A stretch of 64,000 bases of DNA from Pseudonocardia sp. (GCF_035489915.1 NZ_DATHIT010001015.1), one strand, 5' to 3'; positions 1-10,300 are shown, counted from the stretch's first letter. Notes: generated from the letters alone by a model not told the origin. A program made the numbers and translations.

Positions 1-214
1 TTCATGAGACGATTCTCCGATCGACACGCGAAACCGCGTTCACACCGGAGAGCCCAAGGGAGTGCGACCGATCAAGGTGCTGGGGCACAGATGGGGCACA
101 CCAGGTCCGAAAGCGCTCCGTAACCACGACAAACGTCAGCAGCTCTCTGACAGTCCCTGTCGATCACGCTGCGGAGGTTTCCACCCGGGGTAGGAAGACG
201 TCGATAACCCGGCG

Positions 215-602
215 CTAGCGATCCGGCTCTTCGACCATGGCCACGTGGGCGCTGTTTTCGAAGACCGCACACTCGGCCCCTCGGATTCCGTCGCCGTACA
301 TGTCCTCGTTGAGATTGTTGAATGAGCGCATAACGTGCTCTGGCCAGGGAAAGTCGAGCCGGCATACCCACTTGATGTAGTACGCCATGGTGGCCTCGAC
401 GTACGCCTCGTCGTCGGTCGTACCGGCGGCCTCGTGCTGATCAATGACCTGCTGCACCTCGGCAGGAAGTGACTCCTTCAACCGCCGGGCCTCTCCTGCG
501 AACGCTGGCAGGCTGGGCACACGTGCTCGCTAGTACCAGGCTCGCCAGGCCCGGCGGCTGGCCAAGGGCGTACTCCAACGTGAGCCAGCCGCCCCAAGAG
601 TA
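215..602 (-). pseudogene. Proline iminopeptidase-family (alpha/beta hydrolase) remnant
   Basis: Minus strand reads YSWGGWLTLEYALGQPPGLASLVLASTC (nucleophile SWGG), frameshifts to SLPAFAGEARRLKESLP...HEAAGTTDDEAY...CRL.PWP, then jumps to ECAVFENSAHVAMVEEP. N-terminus and an internal segment are missing. Confidence 0.75.
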
Positions 603-938
603 CGTCGGCGACGTTGCTAGGTTGCATCGCTCAGCGATCGGTCACCGGTCACTCACCAACCGCTCGCGGGCCGATCAGCGTGCGCTGCCGCTGGTTGTGT
701 GGTGTGCACCGAACGGATGCGCGGCTAGAGCCAGTTGCTTTCGCTGATTCCCGCTGGGCGGCGATCCTGATGGGCGCACCAATGGCTCACGGTTTGAATC
801 ACCCGTAAACACCCCGTCACCTTCACCAAGCCTGTGAGCAGGCGCGATGGGGATGGCAAGATCAGGTCGTGCTGGTGCGGACGTTCGGCGCCGCTCGGCT
901 GAGTGGGTGGAGCTCGTTGCCTCGCCAAGATGTGACAG

Positions 939-954
939 ATATTTTCTATTTTCC
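939..954. promoter_or_regulatory. Candidate GntR operator, copy 1 (ATATTTTCTATTTTCC)
   Basis: AT-rich island upstream of the GntR gene; 14/16 identical to 2676-2691. Confidence 0.5.
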
Positions 955-1024
955 TTCGAACTTGCCAGGAGGGGAGGTCGTTCGTGTGGCCGCTCGGCCC
1001 GGCTGATTGGGCAAAATTCCAGTC

Positions 1025-1687
1025 ATGACCAATCCCGACCTGCCCGGGCATCAGACCAAGACCGAACTCGCGCTTCGGGTGCTCCGGGAACGGATCCGGA
1101 GTGGGGAGCTGCCGGCCGGGCACCGACTGCAGGTTTACGACCTCACCGACGAGCTGGGCATGAGCCCGACGCCGATCCGGGAGGCGCTACGCCTGCTGCA
1201 GGCCGACCGGTTGGTGCACTACGAACCGCACCGCGGCGTGGTGGTCGCCCGGCACTCGCCGGAGCGGTTGTCCGACGTCTACGCGATGCGCCTGGAGCTG
1301 GAGCCGATGGCGACCCGACTGGCGATCGAACGGATGACGCCCGAGCAGAAGGAGGTGGTAGACGCCGTGCACGAGAAGTTCGTCGCCGCCACCAAGGCTG
1401 ACCGGAGCGCCCGGATGGCCAAGCTCAACTCGGACTGGCACCTGGCGATCTACCAGGCGTCCGGGTCGGCGATGTTGCAGGAGTTCATCACCCGGCTCTG
1501 GGACGTCTTTCCTTGGCGGACGAACTGGGCGCTGGACCAGCGTGCCGCCGACAGCCTGGTCGAGCACGAGCGGGTGATGGCGGCGATCAACGACAACGAC
1601 GCCGAGGCCGGCGCCAAGGCCATGCGGGCCCACATCGAGGCCGGCTCGGCCTCGGAGATACCGCACGGCGACCAACCAACGGAGTGA
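1025..1687 (+). CDS. GntR-family transcriptional regulator (FCD domain)
   Basis: LRERIRSGELPAG...LGMSPTPIREAL winged HTH; FCD-like EHERVMAAI...AMRAHI. ATG at 1025. Confidence 0.92.
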   Translation: MTNPDLPGHQTKTELALRVLRERIRSGELPAGHRLQVYDLTDELGMSPTPIREALRLLQADRLVHYEPHRGVVVARHSPERLSDVYAMRLELEPMATRLAIERMTPEQKEVVDAVHEKFVAATKADRSARMAKLNSDWHLAIYQASGSAMLQEFITRLWDVFPWRTNWALDQRAADSLVEHERVMAAINDNDAEAGAKAMRAHIEAGSASEIPHGDQPTE

Positions 1688-1694
1688 GGCAGAC

Positions 1695-2636
1695 ATGGCG
1701 TTGCGGTTTCAGGTGGCCGACGTCCCGGGCCCGACCCGGGACCTGGTGGGCTACGGGGCCAACCCGCCCGCCGTGCTGTGGCCGGGCGGCGCGAAGATCG
1801 CGGTGAACCTCGCGGTCAACGCCGAGGAGGGCTCGGAGACCTCTTACGCGTCCGGTGACGGCCGCAACGAGGGGCTCGGCGAGATTCCCTACGGGATGCC
1901 GGACAACTACCGCGACCTGTGTGTCGAGTCGATCTACGAGTACGGCTCGCGGGCCGGCGTGTGGCGGCTGCTTCGGCTGTTCGAGGAGTACCGGGTCAGG
2001 TCCACCTTCTTCGCCGCGGCCGTGGCGCTGGAGCGCAACCCCGAGGTCGCCGAGGGGATCGGGCGGGGTGGGCACGAGGTGTGCAGCCACGGCTGGCGCT
2101 GGGAGGAGCCGTGGGTGCTGAGCAGGGAGCAGGAGCGCGAGCACATCCAGGCGGCGATCGCCTCGTTCGAGAAGACCGTGGGTAGCCGTCCGGTCGGCTG
2201 GTACTGCCGCTATGGCCCGAGCGTGCACACTCGGGAGCTGCTGGTGGAGGAGGGCGGTTTCGTCTATGACTCGGACTCCTACGCCGACGACCTGCCCTAC
2301 TACGTCAGCGTCGGGCAGAAGCGACACCTGGTGGTGCCGTACACGATGGTCTACAACGACGTGAAGTACGTGATGCCGCCGGGCATGGCGAGCCCCACCG
2401 ACTTCTTTGACGTGTGCCGGCGGGGCTTCGACGAGCTGCTGCGCGAGGGCCGGGCAGGGCAGCCCAAGATGATGTCGATCGGGCTGCACCCCCGCTGGGC
2501 TGGCCAGGCGGGCCGGACCTCGGCGCTGCGGGAGTTCCTGGAGCACGCGCGGGGGGAGTCCGACGTGTGGTTCGCCACCCGGGAGGAGATCGCCCGGTTC
2601 TGGCTGTCCGCCCAGCCGGATGGCTCGGCCGGCTGA
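1695..2636 (+). CDS. Polysaccharide deacetylase family, PuuE allantoinase-like
   Basis: RDLVGYGANPP, ESIYEYGSRAGVWRL, HGWRW, YDSDSYADDLPY, MMSIGLHPR motifs. Confidence 0.88.
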   Translation: MALRFQVADVPGPTRDLVGYGANPPAVLWPGGAKIAVNLAVNAEEGSETSYASGDGRNEGLGEIPYGMPDNYRDLCVESIYEYGSRAGVWRLLRLFEEYRVRSTFFAAAVALERNPEVAEGIGRGGHEVCSHGWRWEEPWVLSREQEREHIQAAIASFEKTVGSRPVGWYCRYGPSVHTRELLVEEGGFVYDSDSYADDLPYYVSVGQKRHLVVPYTMVYNDVKYVMPPGMASPTDFFDVCRRGFDELLREGRAGQPKMMSIGLHPRWAGQAGRTSALREFLEHARGESDVWFATREEIARFWLSAQPDGSAG

Positions 2637-2675
2637 CCGGGCGGAAGGAGGCCGACGGCCGATTAATTAAATAGA

Positions 2676-2691
2676 ATATTTTGAATTTTCC
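2676..2691. promoter_or_regulatory. Candidate GntR operator, copy 2 (ATATTTTGAATTTTCC)
   Basis: Inside a strongly AT-rich intergenic patch upstream of the CoA-transferase; matches 939-954. Confidence 0.5.
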
Positions 2692-2754
2692 CTTAACTCT
2701 GGCCGGGCGTGGGTGGCTGGCCGGACACCTCGACTGAACGAGGAGCTGCGCTAC

Positions 2755-3951
2755 ATGACCGACTTTCCGTTGCAGGGGCTGCGGGTGATCGATGCCGCAT
2801 CGATCTTCGCTGGCCCGGTCGCCGCGACGTTGATGGCCGACTTCGGTGCCGACGTGCTCAAGGTGGAGCATCCGGGCGGCGACAGCCTCCGCTCGATGGG
2901 GTGGACGGTCGACGGGGAGTCGCTGTTCTGGGCTCTGGTGTCGCGCAACAAGCGGTGCATCACCCTGAAGCTCTCCGTGCCGGAGGGCCGCGACCTGCTC
3001 AAGAAGCTGGTCGCCGACGCGGACGTGTTCATCGAGAACTTCCGCCCCGGCACTCTGGAGCGGTGGGGGCTCGGGCCAGAGGTGCTGCACGAGATCAACC
3101 CGGGCCTGGTCATCCTGCGCACCACCGGCTTCGGCCAGACCGGTCCCTACGCCTCCCGGCCCGGCTTCGGCACACTCGCCGAGGCGATCTCCGGATTCGC
3201 CCACATCAACGGCTGGCCGGACAAGCCGCCGGCGCTGCCGCCGTTCGCCCTCGGCGACTGCATCGCCGGCTTCACCGGCTGTTTCGCCATCATGTTCGCG
3301 CTGTGGTGGCGGGCGCACGGCGGCCAGGGCAAGGGGCAGGTGATCGACCTGTCGATCTACGAGCCGCTGTTCTGGATGCTCGGGCCGCAGGCGGCGCTGT
3401 ACGACAAGACCGGTGAGGTGATCGGGCGCACCGGCAACCGGACCCCGTTCACCGCCCCGCGCAACACCTACCGGACCAAGGACGGCAGGTGGCTGGCGCT
3501 GTCGGCCACCGCGCAGTCCATCGCGGAACGGGTGGCCCGGTTGGTCGGTCGGCCGGACTTCATCGAGCAGCCCTGGTTCCGGGACAACACCGGACGGATC
3601 GAGCACAGCGCGGAGTTGGACGAGGTCATCGGCGGGTGGATCGCCGAGCGGACCGCCGAGGAGGTGCTCGCCGAGTTCGAGGCCGCCGAGGGCGCGATCG
3701 CCCCGGTCTACTCGATCGCCGACATCCTGCGCGATGCGCAGTACCTGGCCCGTGAGTCGGTGGTCCGGGTGCCGCACGAGGGACTGGGGGATGTGCTGAT
3801 GCAGAACGTGGTGCCGGGCCTGTCCGCGACGCCTGGCCAGGTGCGCCACGCCGGCGCGCCGAAAGGGTCGAGCAACCGCGCGGTGTACCGCGACGAGCTC
3901 GGTCTGTCGGCCGAGGAGATCGCCCAGCTGGAAGCCGACGGCGTCATCTGA
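2755..3951 (+). CDS. Class III CoA-transferase (CaiB/BaiF family)
   Basis: PLQGLRVID, AGP, ADFGADVLKVEHP, NKRCITL, ADVFIENFRPGTLERWG; AGGAG RBS before ATG 2755. Confidence 0.92.
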   Translation: MTDFPLQGLRVIDAASIFAGPVAATLMADFGADVLKVEHPGGDSLRSMGWTVDGESLFWALVSRNKRCITLKLSVPEGRDLLKKLVADADVFIENFRPGTLERWGLGPEVLHEINPGLVILRTTGFGQTGPYASRPGFGTLAEAISGFAHINGWPDKPPALPPFALGDCIAGFTGCFAIMFALWWRAHGGQGKGQVIDLSIYEPLFWMLGPQAALYDKTGEVIGRTGNRTPFTAPRNTYRTKDGRWLALSATAQSIAERVARLVGRPDFIEQPWFRDNTGRIEHSAELDEVIGGWIAERTAEEVLAEFEAAEGAIAPVYSIADILRDAQYLARESVVRVPHEGLGDVLMQNVVPGLSATPGQVRHAGAPKGSSNRAVYRDELGLSAEEIAQLEADGVI

Positions 3952-3971
3952 CGCGAGGAAGGAAGCGAGCC

Positions 3972-4631
3972 GTGGACGACTCGGCAACGGCGCACGACGC
4001 CGTCGGACAGTTCTACGCCCGGCGCGGGATCGGCGCCTCATCCGGCGTGGGGGAGCGCCCCGCCGTCGTCGTGGTCGACGTGTCCCGGGCGTTCACCTCC
4101 TCGGCCTACGGGGTGGGCGAGGACAACCCGCCCGCCGTGCCGAGGATCGCCGAGTTCCTCGGGCACGCCCGGGCGGCGCGCGTTCCCATCGTGTTCACCA
4201 CCATCGCCTTCGAACCGGATGAGGATGGCGCCTCCTTCGGGGCAAAGGTGCCGGCACTGCGCGAGCTGCGCACCGACGACCCGGCCGCCGTCGAGATCGA
4301 CCCGCTGCTCGGGCGGCGCCCCGAGGAGTTGGTGCTGGTCAAGAAGTTCCCCTCGGCGTTCTTCGGTACCCACCTGGCCTCCCACCTGGTCCAGCGTGGC
4401 GTCGACACGGTGATCGTCACCGGCTGCTCGACCTCCGGCTGCATCCGGGCCACCGTGGTCGACGCGGTGTCCTACGGGTTCCGGGTGGTGGTACCGGAGG
4501 AGTGCGTCTTCGACCGGGCGGAGGAGCCGCACCGGGCCAACCTGTTCGACATCAGGTCGAAATACGCCGACGTGCTGTCGACGGACGACGTCGAGAAATA
4601 CCTGGCGGGCGTGATCGAAAAGGCCGAATAG
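3972..4631 (+). CDS. Isochorismatase-family cysteine hydrolase (N-carbamoylsarcosine/maleamate amidase-like)
   Basis: VVVVD, KKFPSAFFGT, TGCSTSGCIRATVVDA, HRANLFDI. Confidence 0.88.
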   Translation: MDDSATAHDAVGQFYARRGIGASSGVGERPAVVVVDVSRAFTSSAYGVGEDNPPAVPRIAEFLGHARAARVPIVFTTIAFEPDEDGASFGAKVPALRELRTDDPAAVEIDPLLGRRPEELVLVKKFPSAFFGTHLASHLVQRGVDTVIVTGCSTSGCIRATVVDAVSYGFRVVVPEECVFDRAEEPHRANLFDIRSKYADVLSTDDVEKYLAGVIEKAE

Positions 4632-4680
4632 GTCACGGTCGCCGGAAATGGAATGCCATTCGCTGAACAAGGAGAAACCG

Positions 4681-5844
4681 ATGCTGTCCAGTACCCTCGC
4701 CCGACGGCTGACCGTCGTCGGCGCGGCCGCCTTACTCGTCACCCTGACCGCATGTTCGAAAGGCGAGACCGGCTCCACCACGGCCGGGTCCGCCGCCCCG
4801 GCCTGCGACCTGAGCAAGGTCAACGCCGCGCTGGACAAGTACTCCTCGATTCCGGCTTACCAGGATCCCGGCCCGGCTTTCGACATCAGCAAGGCCAAGG
4901 GCAAGACGATCTTCAATATCCAAGAGTCGAGCGCGAACCCGTTCACCCAGGCGCTGACCTCGTCGATGACCGCCGCTGCTGAGAAGGTCGGCATGAAGGT
5001 CATCGACTACCCCAACCAGGGCGACCACACCCAGTGGATCCAGGGGATGAACGCGGCGATCGCGCAGAAGCCGGATGCCATCACGCTGACCGGTGGCACG
5101 ATCAGCCCGATCTACTTCCAGCCGCAGGCCGCCGCGGCCAAGGCGGCGGGCATCCCGATCATCACGGTGGTGAACGAGGACCTGACCCAGCCGCAGGGCC
5201 CGGAGGTCACCGCCCGAGTGGCCCAGCCGTACGCGCAGGCGGCCCGGCTGAGTGCGGACTACGCCATCAAGGACACCGGCTGCGCCGCCGACGTGCTGGT
5301 GCTGACCTCCAAGGAGGTGATCGGCAGCCCGGCGTCGATCGATGCGCTCACCGATGAGTTCCGGACCCAATGCCCGGCCTGCAAGCTGACCTTCCAGAAC
5401 GTCTCGGTGCCCGACTGGTCCACCCAGATCACCGGGATCGTCCGCTCGGCCATCCAGGCCGACCCGAAGCTGAACTACGTGGTCCCGCTGTACGACAGCA
5501 TGTCCCAGTTCGTGGTCCCGGGTATCCAGCTGGCCGGTGCGACCGGGCGGGTGCACATCTCGACGTTCAACGGCACCCCGTTCGTGCTGAAGATGATGCA
5601 GGACGCCGACGTGGTGCGAATGGACGTGGGGGAGAACCCGGCGCACGTGGGCTACGCGACCGTGGACCAGGTGGCGCGCGTCCTGACCGGGGCGGGCCCG
5701 ATCCCCTCGGGTGACGAGGGCATCCCGCTGCGGGTGTTCACCAAGACCAACGTGAACGAGGCCGGCACCCCCGCCGAGCTGGGCAAGGGCTACGGCGACG
5801 CGTTCTCCGCCGGCTACCTGAAGCTGTGGGGCGTGGCAACCTGA
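4681..5844 (+). CDS. Sugar-type ABC transporter substrate-binding lipoprotein
   Basis: Signal peptide with lipobox LTAC; periplasmic-binding-protein-like sequence; precedes ATPase and permease. Confidence 0.85.
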   Translation: MLSSTLARRLTVVGAAALLVTLTACSKGETGSTTAGSAAPACDLSKVNAALDKYSSIPAYQDPGPAFDISKAKGKTIFNIQESSANPFTQALTSSMTAAAEKVGMKVIDYPNQGDHTQWIQGMNAAIAQKPDAITLTGGTISPIYFQPQAAAAKAAGIPIITVVNEDLTQPQGPEVTARVAQPYAQAARLSADYAIKDTGCAADVLVLTSKEVIGSPASIDALTDEFRTQCPACKLTFQNVSVPDWSTQITGIVRSAIQADPKLNYVVPLYDSMSQFVVPGIQLAGATGRVHISTFNGTPFVLKMMQDADVVRMDVGENPAHVGYATVDQVARVLTGAGPIPSGDEGIPLRVFTKTNVNEAGTPAELGKGYGDAFSAGYLKLWGVAT

Positions 5845-7484
5845 TGCGCCCGACCGAGCAGGGATCCGGGCGGATGACCACGACTGACCAGGACGGGCCG
5901 GTCCCGCTGGTCGAGGCGCGGAACGTGTCGAAGAGCTTCGGCGGCGTGCGGGTGCTCGACGCGGTGGACCTCGACGTGCTCCCCGGGGAGATCCACGGCC
6001 TGCTCGGGGAGAACGGCTCCGGGAAGTCGACCTTCATCAAGGTGCTGGCCGGCTTCCACGAGCCGGAGCCGGGCGGCCAGCTGCGGATCAACGGCGAACA
6101 GGTGCCGCTGCCGCTGGCCCCCGGGGCGTTCCGGGACTACGGGATGAGCTTCGTGCATCAGGACCTGGGGCTGATGCCGAGCCTGTCGGTGCTGGAGAAC
6201 CTGCGGCTGGGCGCGTTCAGCCGGGTCAACCGCTGGGCCATCTCCTGGCGAGCGGAGGCTAGGGCGGCCCGGGTGCTGTTCGCGGAGTTCTCCCTGGGGC
6301 TGGACCCGGCCACCCGGGTTTCCGAACTGACCGGCACCGAGCGGGCCCTGCTGGCCATCGTGCGCGCGGTGCACGAGATGCGCACGCTGCGCGGGGGAGA
6401 TCGGTCCGGGCCGGGCCTGCTCATTCTGGACGAGCCGACGGTGTTCCTCCCGGAGACCGGCCGGCGGCAGCTGTTCGGCCTGATGCGGGAGATCGCCGCG
6501 CTCGGCTCGGCCGTGCTGTTCGTCTCGCACGACCTGGACGAGGTCCGGGAGATCACCGACCGAGTCACCATCTTCCGGGACGGAGCGGTCACCGCGACCG
6601 TGCAGACCGCCACCGTCAGCGACGCCGAGCTGATCCAGCTGATCATCGGCCGTGCGCTGCCGGACTACTCCGCCGAGCGCGTGGCCGAGGAGCAGACGAC
6701 GGACGATGCGGCGGTGCGGGTCGGGGAGCTGTCCGACGAGCGATTGGCCTCGGTCACCTTCAGCCTGCGCGCCGGTGAGGTGCTCGGCATGACCGGGCTG
6801 CTCGGATCCGGCTTCGAACGGGTGCCCTACCTGGTGTTCGGCGCGCTGCCGGCCGCCACCGGATCGCTGGAGATCGACGGCGAGCGGCTGTCGCTGCCGG
6901 CGATGGACCCGGTTAAGGCGATCGCGCACCGGATGGCGCTGATCCCGGCCGACCGCCAGCGGGATGGCAGCGTGGGCAGCATCAGCGTGGGGGACAACGC
7001 GATGCTGCGGGTCATCGACCGGTACACCTCGTGGCACGGCCTGGCTCGACGGCGGATGGCCCGGGACTGCGAGCGGTTACTGGACCGGTTCGACGTGCGG
7101 CCTGCGCTGCCCGGCATTGCCTACCAGTCGCTATCGGGCGGCAACCAGCAGAAGGTGCTGCTGGCCAAGTGGCTCAGTGCCGAGCCGAGGATGCTGCTGC
7201 TGCACGAGCCCACCCAGGGGGTGGACGTCGGGGCGCGGGCGCAGATCTACCGGGTTGTGCACGACGCCGCCCGCGCCGGCTGCTCGGTGCTGTGCGCCAG
7301 CTCCGACTACGAGCAGCTGGCGCTGATCTGTGACCGGGTACTGATCTTCGACCGCGGCCGGGTGGCCCGTGAGCTGCGCGGATCGGAGATCACCAAGGAG
7401 CGCATCGCGCACGAGTGCTACACGCTCGCGGACCGGGCGGAACCGGCCGGCGCCGGGCCGCCGGGCGCCCCGGCCGACAGGTGA
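5844..7484 (+). CDS. Sugar ABC transporter ATP-binding protein (two ABC domains)
   Basis: GENGSGKST Walker A, ILDEPT, LSGGNQQK, HEPTQGVDVGA. Start may be 5844 or 5874. Confidence 0.92.
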   Translation: MRPTEQGSGRMTTTDQDGPVPLVEARNVSKSFGGVRVLDAVDLDVLPGEIHGLLGENGSGKSTFIKVLAGFHEPEPGGQLRINGEQVPLPLAPGAFRDYGMSFVHQDLGLMPSLSVLENLRLGAFSRVNRWAISWRAEARAARVLFAEFSLGLDPATRVSELTGTERALLAIVRAVHEMRTLRGGDRSGPGLLILDEPTVFLPETGRRQLFGLMREIAALGSAVLFVSHDLDEVREITDRVTIFRDGAVTATVQTATVSDAELIQLIIGRALPDYSAERVAEEQTTDDAAVRVGELSDERLASVTFSLRAGEVLGMTGLLGSGFERVPYLVFGALPAATGSLEIDGERLSLPAMDPVKAIAHRMALIPADRQRDGSVGSISVGDNAMLRVIDRYTSWHGLARRRMARDCERLLDRFDVRPALPGIAYQSLSGGNQQKVLLAKWLSAEPRMLLLHEPTQGVDVGARAQIYRVVHDAARAGCSVLCASSDYEQLALICDRVLIFDRGRVARELRGSEITKERIAHECYTLADRAEPAGAGPPGAPADR

Positions 7485-7497
7485 GGACGGAGGAGCG

Positions 7498-8532
7498 ATG
7501 ACTCAGGCGTCGCGGACGACGGAGGGCGCGGAGGCTGGCGGCGAGCCGCCCCGGCGCACAGCAGTCGGCGGGCTGGCCCGCAACCTGGCGCAGCGGTTCG
7601 CCATCGGCATCGCGCTGGTCGTGGTGGTGGTCGTGTTCGGCGCGTTGAAGCCGGACGCGTTCCTCACCACGTCGATGCTGCAGGGCATTCTCGGTTCGCA
7701 GGCAGTGCTGGTGGTGCTCACCTGCGCGCTGCTGATCCCGCTCACCGCGGGCGACTACGACCTCTCGGTCGCCGGGGTGCTGATGCTGTCCCAGATGATG
7801 ATCGGCGTCCTGAACGCCCAGATGGGCCTGAACATCGGGCTGGTCGTCGTGCTGTGCCTGCTCGCCGGTGCGCTGGTCGGGCTGCTGAACGGCGCGTTCG
7901 TGCTGCTGTTCGGGGTGGACCCATTCATCGTCACCCTGGGCACAGGCACGGTGCTGGGCGGCGTGGTGCTCTGGATCGGCAACTCGACCACGATCAGTGG
8001 GATCTCCACCGGGCTGACCGACGCGGTGATCGTCTACCGGTTCATGGGCGTCCCGCTGGCGTTCTGGTACGGGCTGATCCTGACCGCGCTGCTGTGGTAC
8101 TTCCTGGAGTACACCGCCGCCGGGCGCCGGCTGCTGTTCGTCGGGCGCGGGCGGGCGGTGTCGCGGCTCAGCGGCCTGCGGGTCACCCGGATCCGGTGGA
8201 GCGCGCTGGTCGCCTCCGCGACGATCGCGGCGCTGGCCGGCGTGCTCTACGCCGGCACCACCGGCGCGGCTGACCCGGTATCCGGCGAGGCGTTCCTACT
8301 GCCCACCTTCGCGGCCGCGTTCCTGGGCTCGACCGCGATCCTGCCCGGAAAGTTCAACTCCTGGGGCTCCTTCCTCGCGGTGTACTTCCTGGTCACCGGC
8401 ACCACCGGGCTCACCACACTGGGCGCCCAGTCCTTTGTGCAGGACCTGTTCTACGGCGGTGCGCTGGTCGTGGCGGTGTGCGCGTCGCGGTACAGCCGCC
8501 GCAAGGAAGTCCGCGAGTCCGGCTCGCTCTAG
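7498..8532 (+). CDS. Sugar ABC transporter permease
   Basis: Polytopic; DLSV, PFIVTLG, GRRLLFVG, AAAFLGST; GGAGGAG RBS before ATG 7498. Confidence 0.9.
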   Translation: MTQASRTTEGAEAGGEPPRRTAVGGLARNLAQRFAIGIALVVVVVVFGALKPDAFLTTSMLQGILGSQAVLVVLTCALLIPLTAGDYDLSVAGVLMLSQMMIGVLNAQMGLNIGLVVVLCLLAGALVGLLNGAFVLLFGVDPFIVTLGTGTVLGGVVLWIGNSTTISGISTGLTDAVIVYRFMGVPLAFWYGLILTALLWYFLEYTAAGRRLLFVGRGRAVSRLSGLRVTRIRWSALVASATIAALAGVLYAGTTGAADPVSGEAFLLPTFAAAFLGSTAILPGKFNSWGSFLAVYFLVTGTTGLTTLGAQSFVQDLFYGGALVVAVCASRYSRRKEVRESGSL

Positions 8533-8539
8533 AACGGAG

Positions 8540-9415
8540 ATGACCATGGCATTCGACCCCCGGTCGATGTTGTTCGTACCGGCGAACCGCCCCGAGCGGT
8601 TCGCCAAGGCGGTGGCCAGCGGGACCGACGCGGTGATCCTCGACCTTGAGGACTCGGTCGGGGTGAGCCAGAAGGAACAGTCCCGGGCGAACCTGCGGGC
8701 CGGCGCGGAGCTCGCCGCCGAGGCCGGGCTGGCGGCGTACGTGCGGGTCAACCCGGTCGACACCCGGTGGCACCGCGACGACCTGATCGAGGCGGCGCTG
8801 GTCGGCGCGCGCGGGGTGATCGTGCCCAAGTGTGAGGACCCGTCCGTGGTCGCCGAGGTGGACTCGCGGCTGCGGGCCGTGGAGCCGAGCCCGGACGCCA
8901 TGGAGCTGGTGCTGATCGTGGAGACCGCGCGGGGGGTGCTGGCCGCCGAGCGGCTGGCCCGCCCGGGTGCGCGGACCCGCCGGATCTGTTTCGGCGCCTA
9001 CGACTTCGCACTGGACATGGGAATCCGCGTGGAGGCCTCCGGCGCGTTGCTCACCCAGGTGCGCGCCCAGGTGGCCTTGGCGGCCCGGGCCGCCGGCATC
9101 CAGCCGATCGACACCGTCTTCGCCGACATCCGGGACCCCAACGGCATGCGCCGGCAGACCGAGGAGGCACTCGCCCTGGGCTACACAGGCAAGTTGGCCA
9201 TCCACCCGGACCAGGTCCCAATCGTCAACGACGTGCTGTCCCCCGGGCCCGATGAGATTGACGTGGCGCGCCGGGTGGTGCGGGCCTTCCGGGAGGCCGA
9301 GCGGCAGGGCATCGCAGCCATCACGGTCGACGACAAGCTCGTCGACTACCCGATCGCGCTACGCAGCGAAGCGGTGCTGGCGCGCGCCGAGCAGTTCGGG
9401 CTGTTGCCCTCGTGA
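8540..9415 (+). CDS. CitE/HpcH-family CoA-ester lyase
   Basis: RSMLFVPANRPERFAKA, DLEDSV, YVRVN, IVETARG, GKLAIHPDQV. Confidence 0.88.
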   Translation: MTMAFDPRSMLFVPANRPERFAKAVASGTDAVILDLEDSVGVSQKEQSRANLRAGAELAAEAGLAAYVRVNPVDTRWHRDDLIEAALVGARGVIVPKCEDPSVVAEVDSRLRAVEPSPDAMELVLIVETARGVLAAERLARPGARTRRICFGAYDFALDMGIRVEASGALLTQVRAQVALAARAAGIQPIDTVFADIRDPNGMRRQTEEALALGYTGKLAIHPDQVPIVNDVLSPGPDEIDVARRVVRAFREAERQGIAAITVDDKLVDYPIALRSEAVLARAEQFGLLPS

Positions 9416-10239
9416 ACCCCGTCGGGCCGGTCCGATCCGCCTCCGGGCTGGACCACTACCTGCACCGGGCCCCCACCGGGGCTAAGTCGGCACCGATCAT
9501 CGCGCTGCACCCGTGGTTCGGCTGCTGGCAGTTCTGGCTGCCGGTGGTCGAGCTGTTCCCGGAACGCGACTGGGTGTTGGTCGACCTGTACTCCGGTGCG
9601 CGCACGATGCCGGCCGACGACAGCGCGTTCGACCAGCTCGCCGCGGCGGTCTCCAGCCTGATCGAGGAGGTCGCCACCGGCCCGGTGGTGCTGGCCGGCA
9701 ACTCGACCGGCGGCCTGCTTGCCCAGACGATCGCGATCTCGGGTCGGCCCCCGTTGGACGCCCTGGTGCTGGTCGGGACCGGGGCGTCCGCGGTCGGGGT
9801 GCCAGCCCCGTTCCGGGCCACGCTCGGCGAGTGGCTCAGCGCACCCTGGAGCCCGGACTCGGGGCTGACCCGCGCGGCGGTGCGCTCGCTGCTGGCCAGC
9901 ACGCCCGACGCCCTGGGTATGTACGAGGAGGCGGTGCTAACGGCGAACTACCCGTTCATGAGCGCCGTGCTGCGGTCGGTGCTGGACCGGGACCTGACCG
10001 AGGAGCTGCCCGGCATCGGGGTACCGACGCTGGTCGTGCGCGGCGAAGAGGATGCCGCCCGCACGGAGGAGCACGTCCGCGTCCTCCGCGCCGGCATCCC
10101 GGACTGCGTGGCTGTCGAGATCGCCGGTGCGGGCCACTCGCCGATGGTCGACCGGCCAGAGGCCTTCGACAGCGCGCTGCGCGACTTCCTCGCCTCAGCG
10201 GGGAGTCGACACGGTGAAAGGGACCAGGATGGAACGTGA
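9412..10239 (+). CDS. Alpha/beta fold hydrolase
   Basis: GNSTGG nucleophile elbow, PTLVVRGEED, AGHSPM; GTGA overlap with the upstream gene. Confidence 0.85.
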   Translation: MNPVGPVRSASGLDHYLHRAPTGAKSAPIIALHPWFGCWQFWLPVVELFPERDWVLVDLYSGARTMPADDSAFDQLAAAVSSLIEEVATGPVVLAGNSTGGLLAQTIAISGRPPLDALVLVGTGASAVGVPAPFRATLGEWLSAPWSPDSGLTRAAVRSLLASTPDALGMYEEAVLTANYPFMSAVLRSVLDRDLTEELPGIGVPTLVVRGEEDAARTEEHVRVLRAGIPDCVAVEIAGAGHSPMVDRPEAFDSALRDFLASAGSRHGERDQDGT

Positions 10240-10300
10240 TCTCGTCGGATACGGCCCGACTCCGCCCTGTACCGCGTCAGAACTCGGTCGTGCCTCCTGA
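10229..10300 (+). pseudogene. Truncated N-terminus of a second PuuE-like deacetylase
   Basis: MERDLVGYGPTPP matches RDLVGYGANPP of 1695..2636; similarity ends at ~10267. Confidence 0.65.

Noticed and set aside
2305-4041. 578-aa minus-strand ORF, and similar long antisense ORFs (29217..31175, 33325..34686, 45356..46660, 53001..54395, 54467..55810)
   Set aside because: Shadow frames of well-supported genes in high-GC DNA; no recognisable motifs.
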